Shown in pieces: positions 29,026 to 37,993 of a stretch of 64,000 bases of DNA. This stretch comes from Thermoanaerobaculia bacterium (GTDB lineage: Bacteria; Acidobacteriota; Thermoanaerobaculia; Multivoradales; Multivoraceae). The stretch spans positions 2,080,001 through 2,144,000 of the forward strand of contig OY761158.1 in assembly GCA_963664405.1 (NCBI GenBank), read 5' to 3'. Each line of letters opens with the position of its first letter. Position 1 is the first letter of the stretch. The translations under genes were made by a program, and so were the position numbers. Under the pieces are notes generated by a model that searched no databases, was not told the DNA's origin, and was given only the letters and a program-made list of their open reading frames with translations.

Positions 29026-29439
29026 TGAGCGGTCACGGTTTCGTGGACACCAAGTTAAGCCCCATCGGGGCAGTTCCTATTCTGCATCAGTTCGGGTAGT
29101 CAGCTTCGGACGAGGCTGTGCGAGGTTCGGGGAGCGCAGCCTCCCTTCGGATCCGACCGCCGGTCGCGCGTGAGTTCACGCTGCCCCTTCGAAGGCCTCG
29201 GGGCTCAGGAATCCGAGCGTCGAATGCTGGCGTCTCAGGTTGTAGAACACTTCGAGGTAAGAAACCGCTTCGTCGTGAGCTCGCTGACGAGTCTCGAAGG
29301 GTCGGTCCCAGACCTCGGTCTTGAGACTGTCGAAGAAGCTCTCCAAGACCGCATTGTCATAACAATTTCCGACGCCGGACATGCTGCAGCGAAACCGCAG
29401 CTCAGCCAGCCGATCCTGGTAAGCCTTCGAGGCGTACTG
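29026..29439 (-). mobile_element. IS3-family remnant (transposase C-terminus 29176-29439 plus terminal IR)
   Basis: QYASKAY..SMSGVGNCYDNAVLESFFDSLKTE..FYNLRRQHSTLGFLSP. TG-starting end TGAGCGGTCACGGTTTCGTGGACACC at 29026. Confidence 0.85.
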
Positions 29440-29446
29440 CTTGGGT

Positions 29447-30844
29447 TCAAGGAGTCGTCGCAGCGTTGCCTTGGTGAGCAGAGTGTACAAGCTCATCGAA
29501 GACTTCGGCAGGGGTTCTCCAGCCGAGGGTCTTGCGGGGTCGGCCGTTGAGTGCGAGCGCGACCGCGGCGAGGTCGTCGCAGGAGTATCTGACAAGGTCG
29601 GTGCCCTTCGGGAAGTACTGGCGTAGTAGTCCGTTGGTGTTCTCGTTGGTGCCCCGCTGCCAGGGGCTGTGCGGGTCGCAGAAGTAGATCGCGAGGCCGG
29701 TATCGACGCGGAGTTGAGCGTGTTGAGCCATCTCGGCGCCCTGGTCCCAGGTCAAGGACCGGCGGAGCTGCTCGGGCAGCGTGGTGATTGACACCGCGAT
29801 CGCGTCACGGACGGCTTCGGCGCCGTGCCCGGCGAGGGCCGGCCCGTTCTTCACCCTCGATTCGGTCCCGTGCCCTTCCATGCGGGGCAGGTGCAGCAGC
29901 ATCGTGAACCGCGTAGTGCGTTCGACGAGGGTCCCGATCGCTGAGCTCTCGAGCCCGACGATCAGGTCGCCTTCCCAGTGACCCGGCACGGCCCTGTCGC
30001 CGGCTTCGGCGGGGCGTTCGCTGATCATGATCTCCGGAGTTACAAATTTCTTGCCTCTCCCCCGGGTTCGCGCATGCGGCACTCGTAGCGCTCGCCCGGT
30101 TCGCAGGCACGCGACGAGCTCGCGTTTGAGGGCTCCTCGACCTTGGATGTAGAGCGCTTGGTAGATCGCCTCGTGAGAGATCCGCATCGACTCATTATGG
30201 GGGAAATCAATCCGAAGCCGGTTCGAGATCTGCTCCGGACTCCAGGATTTCGCCCAACGCCGATCCTGGCGACGGCCGTGCCGACGGCCGATCCAACGCA
30301 CATCCGGACCCGGCACCAGCTCCCCGTCAGGCCTTGCGATCACGCCGGCGAGGCGGTTCTGCACGTACTCACGCAAGGCATCGTTCGCGGCAAGCTTGGA
30401 GACCTTCGGACGGCTGGCGCGCCGCTCCGCGTGCCACTGCGCAGTCGTGGCCCGATAAGTTACGGCACGGCTGCGAGTCGCCGCGTTGCGGCGCAGCTCC
30501 CGCGAAATCGTCGACGGTGAACGACCCAGGCGGCGAGCGATCTCACGTACCCCAACATGCTGAGCGTGAAGGATGGCGATCTCTTCACGCTCGGCGAACG
30601 ACAGATAACGCCCCGACACCGGAGCCAACGAGATAGGTCGCATTCCACCAGCTTGCCTGAACCATCTCGACCCGACAGCCGGCGACACCCCAGCCTCTGT
30701 TGCGGCGTCCTCGCTGGACGCCCCACGAGCGATCGTCTCCCAGAACCGGATCCGGTCCTCGCGCCGCGCTGTCGAGGGCCGGCCAGGTGACCGCATCTGG
30801 CCACGCATCGCTCGAATCGCACCCTGACACTTGCCAACTCCCAT
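29447..30844 (-). CDS. IS30-family transposase
   Basis: RYLSFAEREEI, WSPEQI, SHEAIYQ, GHWEGDL, TWDQG, PWQRGTNENTNGLLRQYFPKG, RPRKTLGW. Confidence 0.95.
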   Translation of the reverse strand: MGVGKCQGAIRAMRGQMRSPGRPSTARREDRIRFWETIARGASSEDAATEAGVSPAVGSRWFRQAGGMRPISLAPVSGRYLSFAEREEIAILHAQHVGVREIARRLGRSPSTISRELRRNAATRSRAVTYRATTAQWHAERRASRPKVSKLAANDALREYVQNRLAGVIARPDGELVPGPDVRWIGRRHGRRQDRRWAKSWSPEQISNRLRIDFPHNESMRISHEAIYQALYIQGRGALKRELVACLRTGRALRVPHARTRGRGKKFVTPEIMISERPAEAGDRAVPGHWEGDLIVGLESSAIGTLVERTTRFTMLLHLPRMEGHGTESRVKNGPALAGHGAEAVRDAIAVSITTLPEQLRRSLTWDQGAEMAQHAQLRVDTGLAIYFCDPHSPWQRGTNENTNGLLRQYFPKGTDLVRYSCDDLAAVALALNGRPRKTLGWRTPAEVFDELVHSAHQGNAATTP

Positions 30845-32964
30845 CGAAACACCTCCATCACGAGATGTTGCGACGACCAGTTGAATCCGCCGACGTCTAC
30901 TCGCTCGGAGTGATGCTCTACGAGCTCCTCGTCGGGAGCCATCCCTTTTTCGAGGGGCCGGACGACGAACCGTCCTTCGACGAGCTCAGCCGCCGGTTGC
31001 GCGAGCAGGAGCCCCCAAGGCCTTCCTCCAAAGTGATGGGCTCGGGGGACGCCGAGCTTCTGGCAGCTCGGGTGCGGGGCACCGTCCCGGCCGCCTTGAG
31101 CCGGACTCTGCGGGAGGAGCTCGACTGGATTGTCCTACGAGCACTGGAGCGTGAACCGGATCGACGCTATGGATCGGTATTGGAGCTTGCCGGCGACCTC
31201 CGCCGGCATCTGCAACACCTGCCGGTCCTCGCCGGCCCTCCCGACTCGATCTACCGCCTGCGCAAATTCGTGCGTCGCAACCGCTGGCCGGTGACCGGCG
31301 CTGCGGCTCTGGCTCTGGCCCTCGTGGCTGCCGTCGCCGGCACCTCGGTCGGCATGGTGCGCGCGCGCAGGGCAGAAACTGCGGCCCAGGCCGAGGCCGA
31401 AGTCGCCGAGGAAGTGACTCGGCTGCTCACGGATCTCTTTGCAGCTGACAACCCCTACCAGTACGGCAGCGAGCGACCCACCGTGGAGGAGATCCTCGAG
31501 GCGGCCTCACAGCGGCTCGAAGAGGGGAAGGTCCGGGACCCGCGAGTTCGCCGCAGGCTCTCTCGGGCGCTCGCAGATCTGGCTCTGGCTCACGGTCACT
31601 TCGACCAGGCCAGGGACCTTCTCGAGAGGGCCGCAGGAGACCTCTCGAGTCGTGCCGCCGACTCGAACGACTCGCTAGAGATCCGTCTCAAGCTGGCTAC
31701 CGTCGATCGCCAATCAGGCCGACTGCAAGAAGCCAGCGACCGTCTCGAGGAGCTTCTACCTGAAGCCCGCTCGCGTCTGGGCGAGAAGGACCCTCGCCTC
31801 GGGCTCGTTCTCCTGGAACTAGGGCTGGTCCAGGCCGACCTGCAGCGCCCACGCCAAAGCGAGACCTGGTTTCGACAGGCTCTCTCGGTATTTCGAAGCT
31901 CGGATGCAGCTCCCGCAGAGCTCGCCACGTCCCTCTCACAACTGGCGCTGGTGAGCGATGAGCCGGAGGAGTGTCTGGAGCTCGCCGAAGAGGCTTTGGA
32001 GCTACGGCGGCAGGTTCTAGCTCCCGACCACCCGAACATTGCCCACAGCCTCGGCACCGTCGCTCGCTGCGCGCTGCGCCGGGGGGACTACCTCACCGCG
32101 TACGGCTTCCACAAGGAAGCAGCCGAGACCTACGAGCGTGCCCTGGGGCCAGACAACCCGCGGACGGCGGTCGAGAAGTCCTGGCTGGCCAACGCCGCGG
32201 CAGCCTTGGGCCGTTTTGTCGAGGCCCGCGCACTGGTGGAGGCCGCGATCGAAGCAAAGGATGCCCGCTACGGGGCCGAGCATGTCCAGACAGCGGTCTC
32301 AGTCAACGATACGTGGCTGTACTTCCCAGGCGTGGTCGACCGCACCGGCGTTCGGGAGCGCCTGGAACAAGCAGTCGCCGTACTGATGGGCGAGCTCGGT
32401 GTCGAACATACTTGGCTCTGGTGGGTGCGTCACACCCTGGCCAACGTTCAGGAAGACGTGGGCATGGTCGTTGAAGCCCGCCAGGGCTACGAGAGTGTCC
32501 TGCGCTGGCGCGAAGAGGCGGGGTCCCCCGAGTACTCCATTCTCGCCCTGCTGCTGCTGGACCTAGCCAACCTCGAGCGTCGCTCCGGCCGCCTCGATCG
32601 AGCCGAAGAGTACTTGGCGCGGGCCCTTATCCTCTACGACGAAGGCGGTCAGGATCCTCGAGAGCACGGGCGAGCTCAGGTTGCGCACGCGACCCTTCTC
32701 GCCGCGCACGGTCGAGTGGACGAAGCCGACCAGGTCTTCGCCACGGCCCAAGACTTCTACCAGCGGAGAACCCGCGGACCGCGAACCTATCTGGACATGC
32801 GTTACGACGCCGCGTGGTGGGCAGTCCGGGGCGATCGCACCAGGGCCGCCGAGGCCGTCCGAGACCTTTTGGAGATGGGCGTTCACTCCGACTTCCTCAG
32901 TCGGCTCCCTGAGCTGCGCGCGCTGTTCAGAGAGCAGGCGCCCAGCCCTGTATGATGAAAAACC

Positions 32965-34581
32965 ATGGCGCAGTGCAATGGCTGGGGGGCAGCGGGAGGT
33001 CCGCGGGTCCGGCGGCAAAACTCGGTCGCATCGCAGCTGGCGGCCGCCTTCGCGCTCCTCGCCGTCGCGAGTGCCCAGGGCGAGGATCCCCGGCCTCTCC
33101 TCGACCGGCGACTCACGGCTCAGGGCGCTCTGGTCGGCCAACTGAGGACGGCGGGACAGCTTGCGAGGACGGCTCCAGGGCTTGACGATCAGACTCGCAG
33201 CGAGATCGAGCGGCTGGTCGATGAGGGCACGACATCGATCAAGGCCGGCAGGGACGGAGAGGCCGCTCAGAGCTTCTATCGCGCGCTCGCTCTCGGGCTC
33301 CAACGTCCTTGGAGCGCTCGCGACGACTATGCCCGCTCTCTGGTGCTGCGGCCTCGCGCGACCGTCGCGGACCCTGAAGCCCCGGTCATCGTCGAGCTCG
33401 GCCAGATCTATGACGCGGGCTACCGCACCGAGGGTCTACTCACCGCCCGCGCGAAACTGCGCCGCGACAGCGACCCACCGACCCTGTGGGCGGCGGCCTT
33501 CGAAGGCATCGCCTCCGATCTCACTTACCGGCCCTGGGCCTTCGCCATTCCTGCAGGGGAGCTGGAAGAGGGTAGCTACACCCTCGCTGTAGAGGTCGGG
33601 GACGGCGGCGGAGCGCTACGTACGGTCAAGGCTCCGCTCCACCTCGTGCGCGGCCTGGAGCAGGTGCGTGCGGACTTCGAGCACCGTTTATCGGCGTTCA
33701 ATCCACCCGAGAACGCGCGAGCGAGCGTGCTTCATCCCTTCGATCATGCTGCCCGCATCAATCTCGGCAACGTCCGGCCACGCGGCTTCGACTTCCAGCG
33801 CGCCATCAGCGACAGCGAAGCACTGCTGGAGAGCGTCGAGCGCGACAAGGACCCGCTCACCGGCGTCACCGGCGACCTGCTGCGTCACTACGACTTCACC
33901 GAGGCCGGGGTCATCCTCCCCTACCGTCTGATCGTGCCGGAGAGCTACGACGGCAGTCGGGAGCTGCCGCTGATCATCGCCCTGCACGGCGGCGGCGGCA
34001 ACGAGAACAGCCTGATGATGCGTCCGAGCGGCCTGATGACGTCGCTTGCCAGGCGCCACGGCTATATCGTCGCCTCGCCAAACGGCTACCGTTCCGACGC
34101 CGGCTTCGGCACCATCACCGACGCGCTGCCCTTCGCCGGCCCAGCCCGGGTATTTGCCTCGACCCTCAGCGAGCGCGACGTCTTCAATGTGCTCGAGCGC
34201 GTCGTCGCCGAGTACCGCATCGACCAGGACCGCATCTACGTCATGGGGCACTCGGGAGGCGGAGGTGCCGCCTACCGCTTCGCCTCCGTCTACCCCGACC
34301 GCTGGGCGGCGGTTGCCGCGATCGCGACCCTGAACACACTCGAGGTCCACGAGCTCGAGCCCATGCGTGACGTCCCGGTGCACGTGAGCCACGGCGATGC
34401 GGATCCGGTGGCGCCGGTCGAGACTGCGCGCATGATGGTCGAGCGCATGCGCTCGGTGGGCATCGAATGCGAGTATCGGGAGATCGCTGGCGGCACCCAT
34501 GACCTCGTCGATGCTGGCCTCCCCGAGGTCTTCGAATTCTTCAACATCATCGGCGCCCGCGCCGGCCGTGCCCGGCGCTAG
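32965..34581 (+). CDS. Secreted alpha/beta hydrolase (PHB-depolymerase/esterase-like) with N-terminal extension
   Basis: PLIIALHGGGG, RIYVMGHSGGG, HGDADP, GGTH. Start codon uncertain. Confidence 0.8.
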   Translation: MAQCNGWGAAGGPRVRRQNSVASQLAAAFALLAVASAQGEDPRPLLDRRLTAQGALVGQLRTAGQLARTAPGLDDQTRSEIERLVDEGTTSIKAGRDGEAAQSFYRALALGLQRPWSARDDYARSLVLRPRATVADPEAPVIVELGQIYDAGYRTEGLLTARAKLRRDSDPPTLWAAAFEGIASDLTYRPWAFAIPAGELEEGSYTLAVEVGDGGGALRTVKAPLHLVRGLEQVRADFEHRLSAFNPPENARASVLHPFDHAARINLGNVRPRGFDFQRAISDSEALLESVERDKDPLTGVTGDLLRHYDFTEAGVILPYRLIVPESYDGSRELPLIIALHGGGGNENSLMMRPSGLMTSLARRHGYIVASPNGYRSDAGFGTITDALPFAGPARVFASTLSERDVFNVLERVVAEYRIDQDRIYVMGHSGGGGAAYRFASVYPDRWAAVAAIATLNTLEVHELEPMRDVPVHVSHGDADPVAPVETARMMVERMRSVGIECEYREIAGGTHDLVDAGLPEVFEFFNIIGARAGRARR

Positions 34582-34703
34582 GAGCGTGCGCAGCAGGAAA
34601 CGAAGCTGGGGACTCAGGTGTCTTGGTTCTTGGCGACGACGGCGAGGAAACTCTCTCGTCTGAGGGAGGGGCTCCCGGAGCGAATAGGAAGCTAAGCCCT
34701 AGT

Positions 34704-34780
34704 GCGCCGTCCTCGGCGCCAGAAAGCAACGAGCCGGGGCGCGCCTAGCGTAGGAAGTGATAGCAATCACTTCCGGAGGC
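34704..34780 (+). repeat. Two-hairpin intergenic repeat, copy 3
   Basis: GCGCCGTCCTCGGCGCCA...GGAAGTGATAGCAATCACTTCCGGAGGC. Supplies the TGA of the convergent gene. Confidence 0.8.
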
Positions 34781-35885
34781 GAGCGCAGACCACGACCCTG
34801 TCGTGGAAGGCGTTGCCCATGATGAACGCCCTTTCGCCCCCGGCGGCTACAAAGGGGGCTGACACCGTGATGGCAGAGATCTCTTCGCCGCCGTTGACGT
34901 AGATCTCGCTCAAGCCGCTGTCTCCCGGCAAGGCGGGATCAACCTCGAGCACCTGGCTCGGTGCGGGTCGGGGCGGACGTCTGCTTCGGGCTATCAACAT
35001 CTTGAAAATCGAGGGCTTGGCGGCAATCAGCAACTTGCCGTCGGGAGCAACCGACAGATTGTCGGGAGAGGAGCCGAGAGCGATCGTCTCCTTCAAGTGC
35101 AGCGTGTTTCTCGAATCGCGCTCATAGATCCGCAGCTTCTTCCCCAGCGCCTCACTGATGTAGATCTCGCTTCCATCCGCACTGGCGGCAATGCCGTTCG
35201 CACCGTCGAGCCTCTCGGCGGCAATGGAGATCCCTTCGCCGCTCGAGAACACCACGGTGGTCAGGCTCCTGGGGAGCAGAATGAAGAGTATCTGCCCCCA
35301 GAAAGTGCGACTGCGCGACGCATAGGGGATATCGCGGTCATTGGTCACGTAAAAGGCCTTGGCGTCCACCGAGACAAGGTCGTTCGGAGAGACGATCAGC
35401 GGATCGCGGATGGTCTCGAGGTGCACGAGGCGACCGTCATCCAGATCGAAAATCTCAACGCTGTCGCCGGCGGCGTTGTGGTTGACGGCGAATAGCCGCG
35501 CGCCGCCATCGTCTAAACGCCGGACATGGATGCCGTGGGGATGAAAATCGGTGAGCCCGACTACCGGCAGACGATCAAAGGCGGCGTCGGCGTCGAAGGC
35601 CTCGGCCAGCCTCAGCAGGTAAATACCGTCAGACGATTCGGCGCCGGTCGACCCCGAGGACATCGCACGGCGATCCGTCGCGCTGACATAGGCAATGCCG
35701 GCTTCATGATCGATCTCGACGTCCTCGGCACCGGTTACGCCGCTGAGCGTTACGCAGCTGCCGGCGAAATGCGGATTGATCTCGCGGAAGGCATTGAGCT
35801 CGAGAAGAACAGCGACAACGCGTACACCCGATAAGATCAGGACAGCGCCAAGGAGAATACCGATGACCTTCGTTGGCTTACGCAT
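34767..35885 (-). CDS. Arylesterase/paraoxonase (PON-like) beta-propeller
   Basis: N-terminal anchor, GAEDVE, FHPHGI, VNH, PNDLV, YVTND, ANGI, PDNL. Confidence 0.85.
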   Translation of the reverse strand: MRKPTKVIGILLGAVLILSGVRVVAVLLELNAFREINPHFAGSCVTLSGVTGAEDVEIDHEAGIAYVSATDRRAMSSGSTGAESSDGIYLLRLAEAFDADAAFDRLPVVGLTDFHPHGIHVRRLDDGGARLFAVNHNAAGDSVEIFDLDDGRLVHLETIRDPLIVSPNDLVSVDAKAFYVTNDRDIPYASRSRTFWGQILFILLPRSLTTVVFSSGEGISIAAERLDGANGIAASADGSEIYISEALGKKLRIYERDSRNTLHLKETIALGSSPDNLSVAPDGKLLIAAKPSIFKMLIARSRRPPRPAPSQVLEVDPALPGDSGLSEIYVNGGEEISAITVSAPFVAAGGERAFIMGNAFHDRVVVCARLRK

Positions 35886-35959
35886 CTCGGCCCGGAAATC
35901 CTTGGCTGCACGATACAACACCCATCCACTAGACCAGTGTTTCGAAGGCCGGAGGAACC

Positions 35960-37060
35960 ATGAAGATCGCGAATGTTGAAGCCATCGAGCTCCAGATACC
36001 GTTCAGTCGCGGCGTCGAAGAGAAGAAGACCCCAAGCTTCCTGAATTGGAGCAAACTCGACTTCTGTCTGCTCAAGGTCGAGACCGACACCGGCCTGACC
36101 GGGTGGGGCGATACCTTCTGCTTTCAGGGCCGCCGCGCGGTCGCCGAGGCGGTCAACCACATGATCGCTCCGCGAGTCGTCGGTCGCGACGCCAGAGACG
36201 TGGCACGGATCAACCACGAGCTCCAACAGGGGTTGCATCTCTTCGGGCGCTACGGCCTCACCATGTTCGCGATCTCGGGGCTCGACATCGCACTGTGGGA
36301 CATTGCCGGCAAAGCCGCCGGTCTTCCGCTCTACCAACTGCTCGGCGGGTCGGGGGTAACCCCGGTGCCGGGCTATGCAAGCCTCGTCCGCTACGAAGAT
36401 CCTGATCTTGTCGCCGAACGAGTGCGCCACGCCACGAATCTCGGCTATACCCACATCAAGCTGCACGAGATCGCCGTGCCGGAGATCAGAGCCGGCCGGG
36501 CGACAGCGGGCGACGGCGTACCGATCATGGTCGACACCAACTGCCCCTGGACATTCGAGAAGGCCAAGGAGATGGCGATCGCCTTCTCCGAATACAACCT
36601 CCACTGGCTCGAGGAGCCGATCTTTCCACCGGAGGACTACAGCTCGCTGGCGAGACTCCGACGCGAGACAGGCGTCGCCCTGGCGTCCGGCGAGAACGCG
36701 TGCACCGCCTTCGACTTCAAGCACATGCTGGAGGCCGGAGCCGTCGACTACGCGCAGCCGAGCGTGGCCAAGGTGGGCGGCATCACCGAGTTTCGCAAGG
36801 TCGCCACTCTGTGCGAGACGCACGGTGTACAGATCATGCCGCACTCCCCGTATTTCGGGCCGGGCTTTCTGGCCACTCTTCATCTGGCTCAGGCGCTGCC
36901 GAATCCAGGGCTGATCGAGCGGCTGTTCATCGATCTGGAGGCCGACCTCTACCCCGGCGGGATCTATGACCCGGAGGACGGCCTCTTCGGCGCACCGTCG
37001 GGGCCAGGCCTGGGCGTCGAGCCGGACCCCGACGTCATCAAGACCTACAGAGTCGGCTGA
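35960..37060 (+). CDS. Mandelate racemase/muconate lactonizing enzyme family
   Basis: GLDIALWDIAGK, IKLH, VDTN, WLEEP, SGEN, MPH. GGAGG RBS. Confidence 0.9.
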   Translation: MKIANVEAIELQIPFSRGVEEKKTPSFLNWSKLDFCLLKVETDTGLTGWGDTFCFQGRRAVAEAVNHMIAPRVVGRDARDVARINHELQQGLHLFGRYGLTMFAISGLDIALWDIAGKAAGLPLYQLLGGSGVTPVPGYASLVRYEDPDLVAERVRHATNLGYTHIKLHEIAVPEIRAGRATAGDGVPIMVDTNCPWTFEKAKEMAIAFSEYNLHWLEEPIFPPEDYSSLARLRRETGVALASGENACTAFDFKHMLEAGAVDYAQPSVAKVGGITEFRKVATLCETHGVQIMPHSPYFGPGFLATLHLAQALPNPGLIERLFIDLEADLYPGGIYDPEDGLFGAPSGPGLGVEPDPDVIKTYRVG

Positions 37061-37069
37061 GAGACGGGC

Positions 37070-37948
37070 TCACACCGGCATTTTTCGACCGGAGTGCGCA
37101 CGCCCCACCTCCGCCGTCTCCGGTCGGCCACCGGAGATAACGCGGACACCTTCGTCGATCTTCCACCCCACATTTTCGGGCGTCGCCCCCTCGAGATACG
37201 CGACCCCGTTCGCCCTGCAAGCGCTGAGGACCCGATCACGTATCTCGAGCAGCTGGTCGGGCCAGGGCTCCGGCAGCCACGGGTAACCCAGCGAAAGGCT
37301 CATATCCGCCGGCCCCATCTCGGCCAAGCCGATACCCGGCACCGCCAGGATCTCCTCGATGTGGGGAATGGCAGCCTTCGATTCGATCTTGACCCCCAAC
37401 AAGAGCTCCCCCTCGGGGTTGAGTGGCCAGGGGTCGGCTTTGGCCAGGTACTGGTCTCGGTCTACGCCCCAAATAGCCGTCGTCACCGGCTCCGAGCCCA
37501 CGCCACGCGTACCTTCGCGAAGCACTCCGACTCCGATGCGGTTGATCGGATAGCGACACGACTCGACGAAGGCGGCGACCGCAGCAGCAGACGCGACCTG
37601 GCAGAGCATGATCCCGTGTACACCGCGACCGAGAATCTGGCGAAACTGCCAGGCGTTGTAGCGCACCATCTCCGCGCTCGCACCCTCTACAGGCGCTTCG
37701 ACCATGACCGTTGGCGTGTAGTGACCACTGCGAGTGAGCCCACCCTCGACCAGCCCGCGCATGTAGCCTTCGAGGCCCGCCAAGTCGAAGGCACCATGCT
37801 CCATGCCTACATTGATGTAGTCGGCCCAGGTGGCGGCGTCCTCGACGCCCTGCTCGTGGGTGAGCGTGGCGCCGGCGTGGGCGCCGGTGTAGTACACCGC
37901 TTGGCCCTGGGATAGAAGCTCGATGGTACGGTTGACTCTTCCTCCCAT
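37070..37948 (-). CDS. HpcH/HpaI aldolase family protein
   Basis: MEHGAFD, KIES, GPADMSLSLG. Confidence 0.82.
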   Translation of the reverse strand: MGGRVNRTIELLSQGQAVYYTGAHAGATLTHEQGVEDAATWADYINVGMEHGAFDLAGLEGYMRGLVEGGLTRSGHYTPTVMVEAPVEGASAEMVRYNAWQFRQILGRGVHGIMLCQVASAAAVAAFVESCRYPINRIGVGVLREGTRGVGSEPVTTAIWGVDRDQYLAKADPWPLNPEGELLLGVKIESKAAIPHIEEILAVPGIGLAEMGPADMSLSLGYPWLPEPWPDQLLEIRDRVLSACRANGVAYLEGATPENVGWKIDEGVRVISGGRPETAEVGRAHSGRKMPV

Positions 37949-37993
37949 GCCTCAAGCATACGATGCCCCCGACTCGGAAAGGCGGGATTGCCC

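Larger units (their letters stand above)
28948..30891 (-). mobile_element. 1944-bp chimeric element: IS30 + IS3 3' remnant + extra IS30 right end, flanked by a 3-bp GAC duplication
   Basis: Imperfect 25-bp IRs CTTGGGTTCAAGGGGTCGTCGCAAC / GGCGGATTCAACTGGTCGTCGCAAC. GAC at 28945-28947 and 30892-30894. Confidence 0.88.
28084..32955 (+). pseudogene. Ser/Thr protein kinase with TM and TPR domains, interrupted by IS at 28948-30891
   Basis: GTGGMG, VAIK, HRDLKPTN, DFG, GTPAYMSPE, then DVRS-D | D-VYSLG continuing at 30892. TM segment and TPR-like repeats (HPNIAHSL) follow. Confidence 0.92.

Noticed and set aside
29176-29595. 139-aa ORF as an intact gene
   Set aside because: It is a junction artefact of an off-frame IS30 end plus the IS3 transposase tail.
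1-30891. One 31-kb composite transposon bounded by the two inverted elements
   Set aside because: The right-hand element has its own GAC duplication inside a continuous kinase gene, so it inserted independently.
14383-34780. Palindromic repeats as a CRISPR array or attC sites
   Set aside because: The copies are kilobases apart with no spacer periodicity, no cas or integrase genes and no attC R-box ends.
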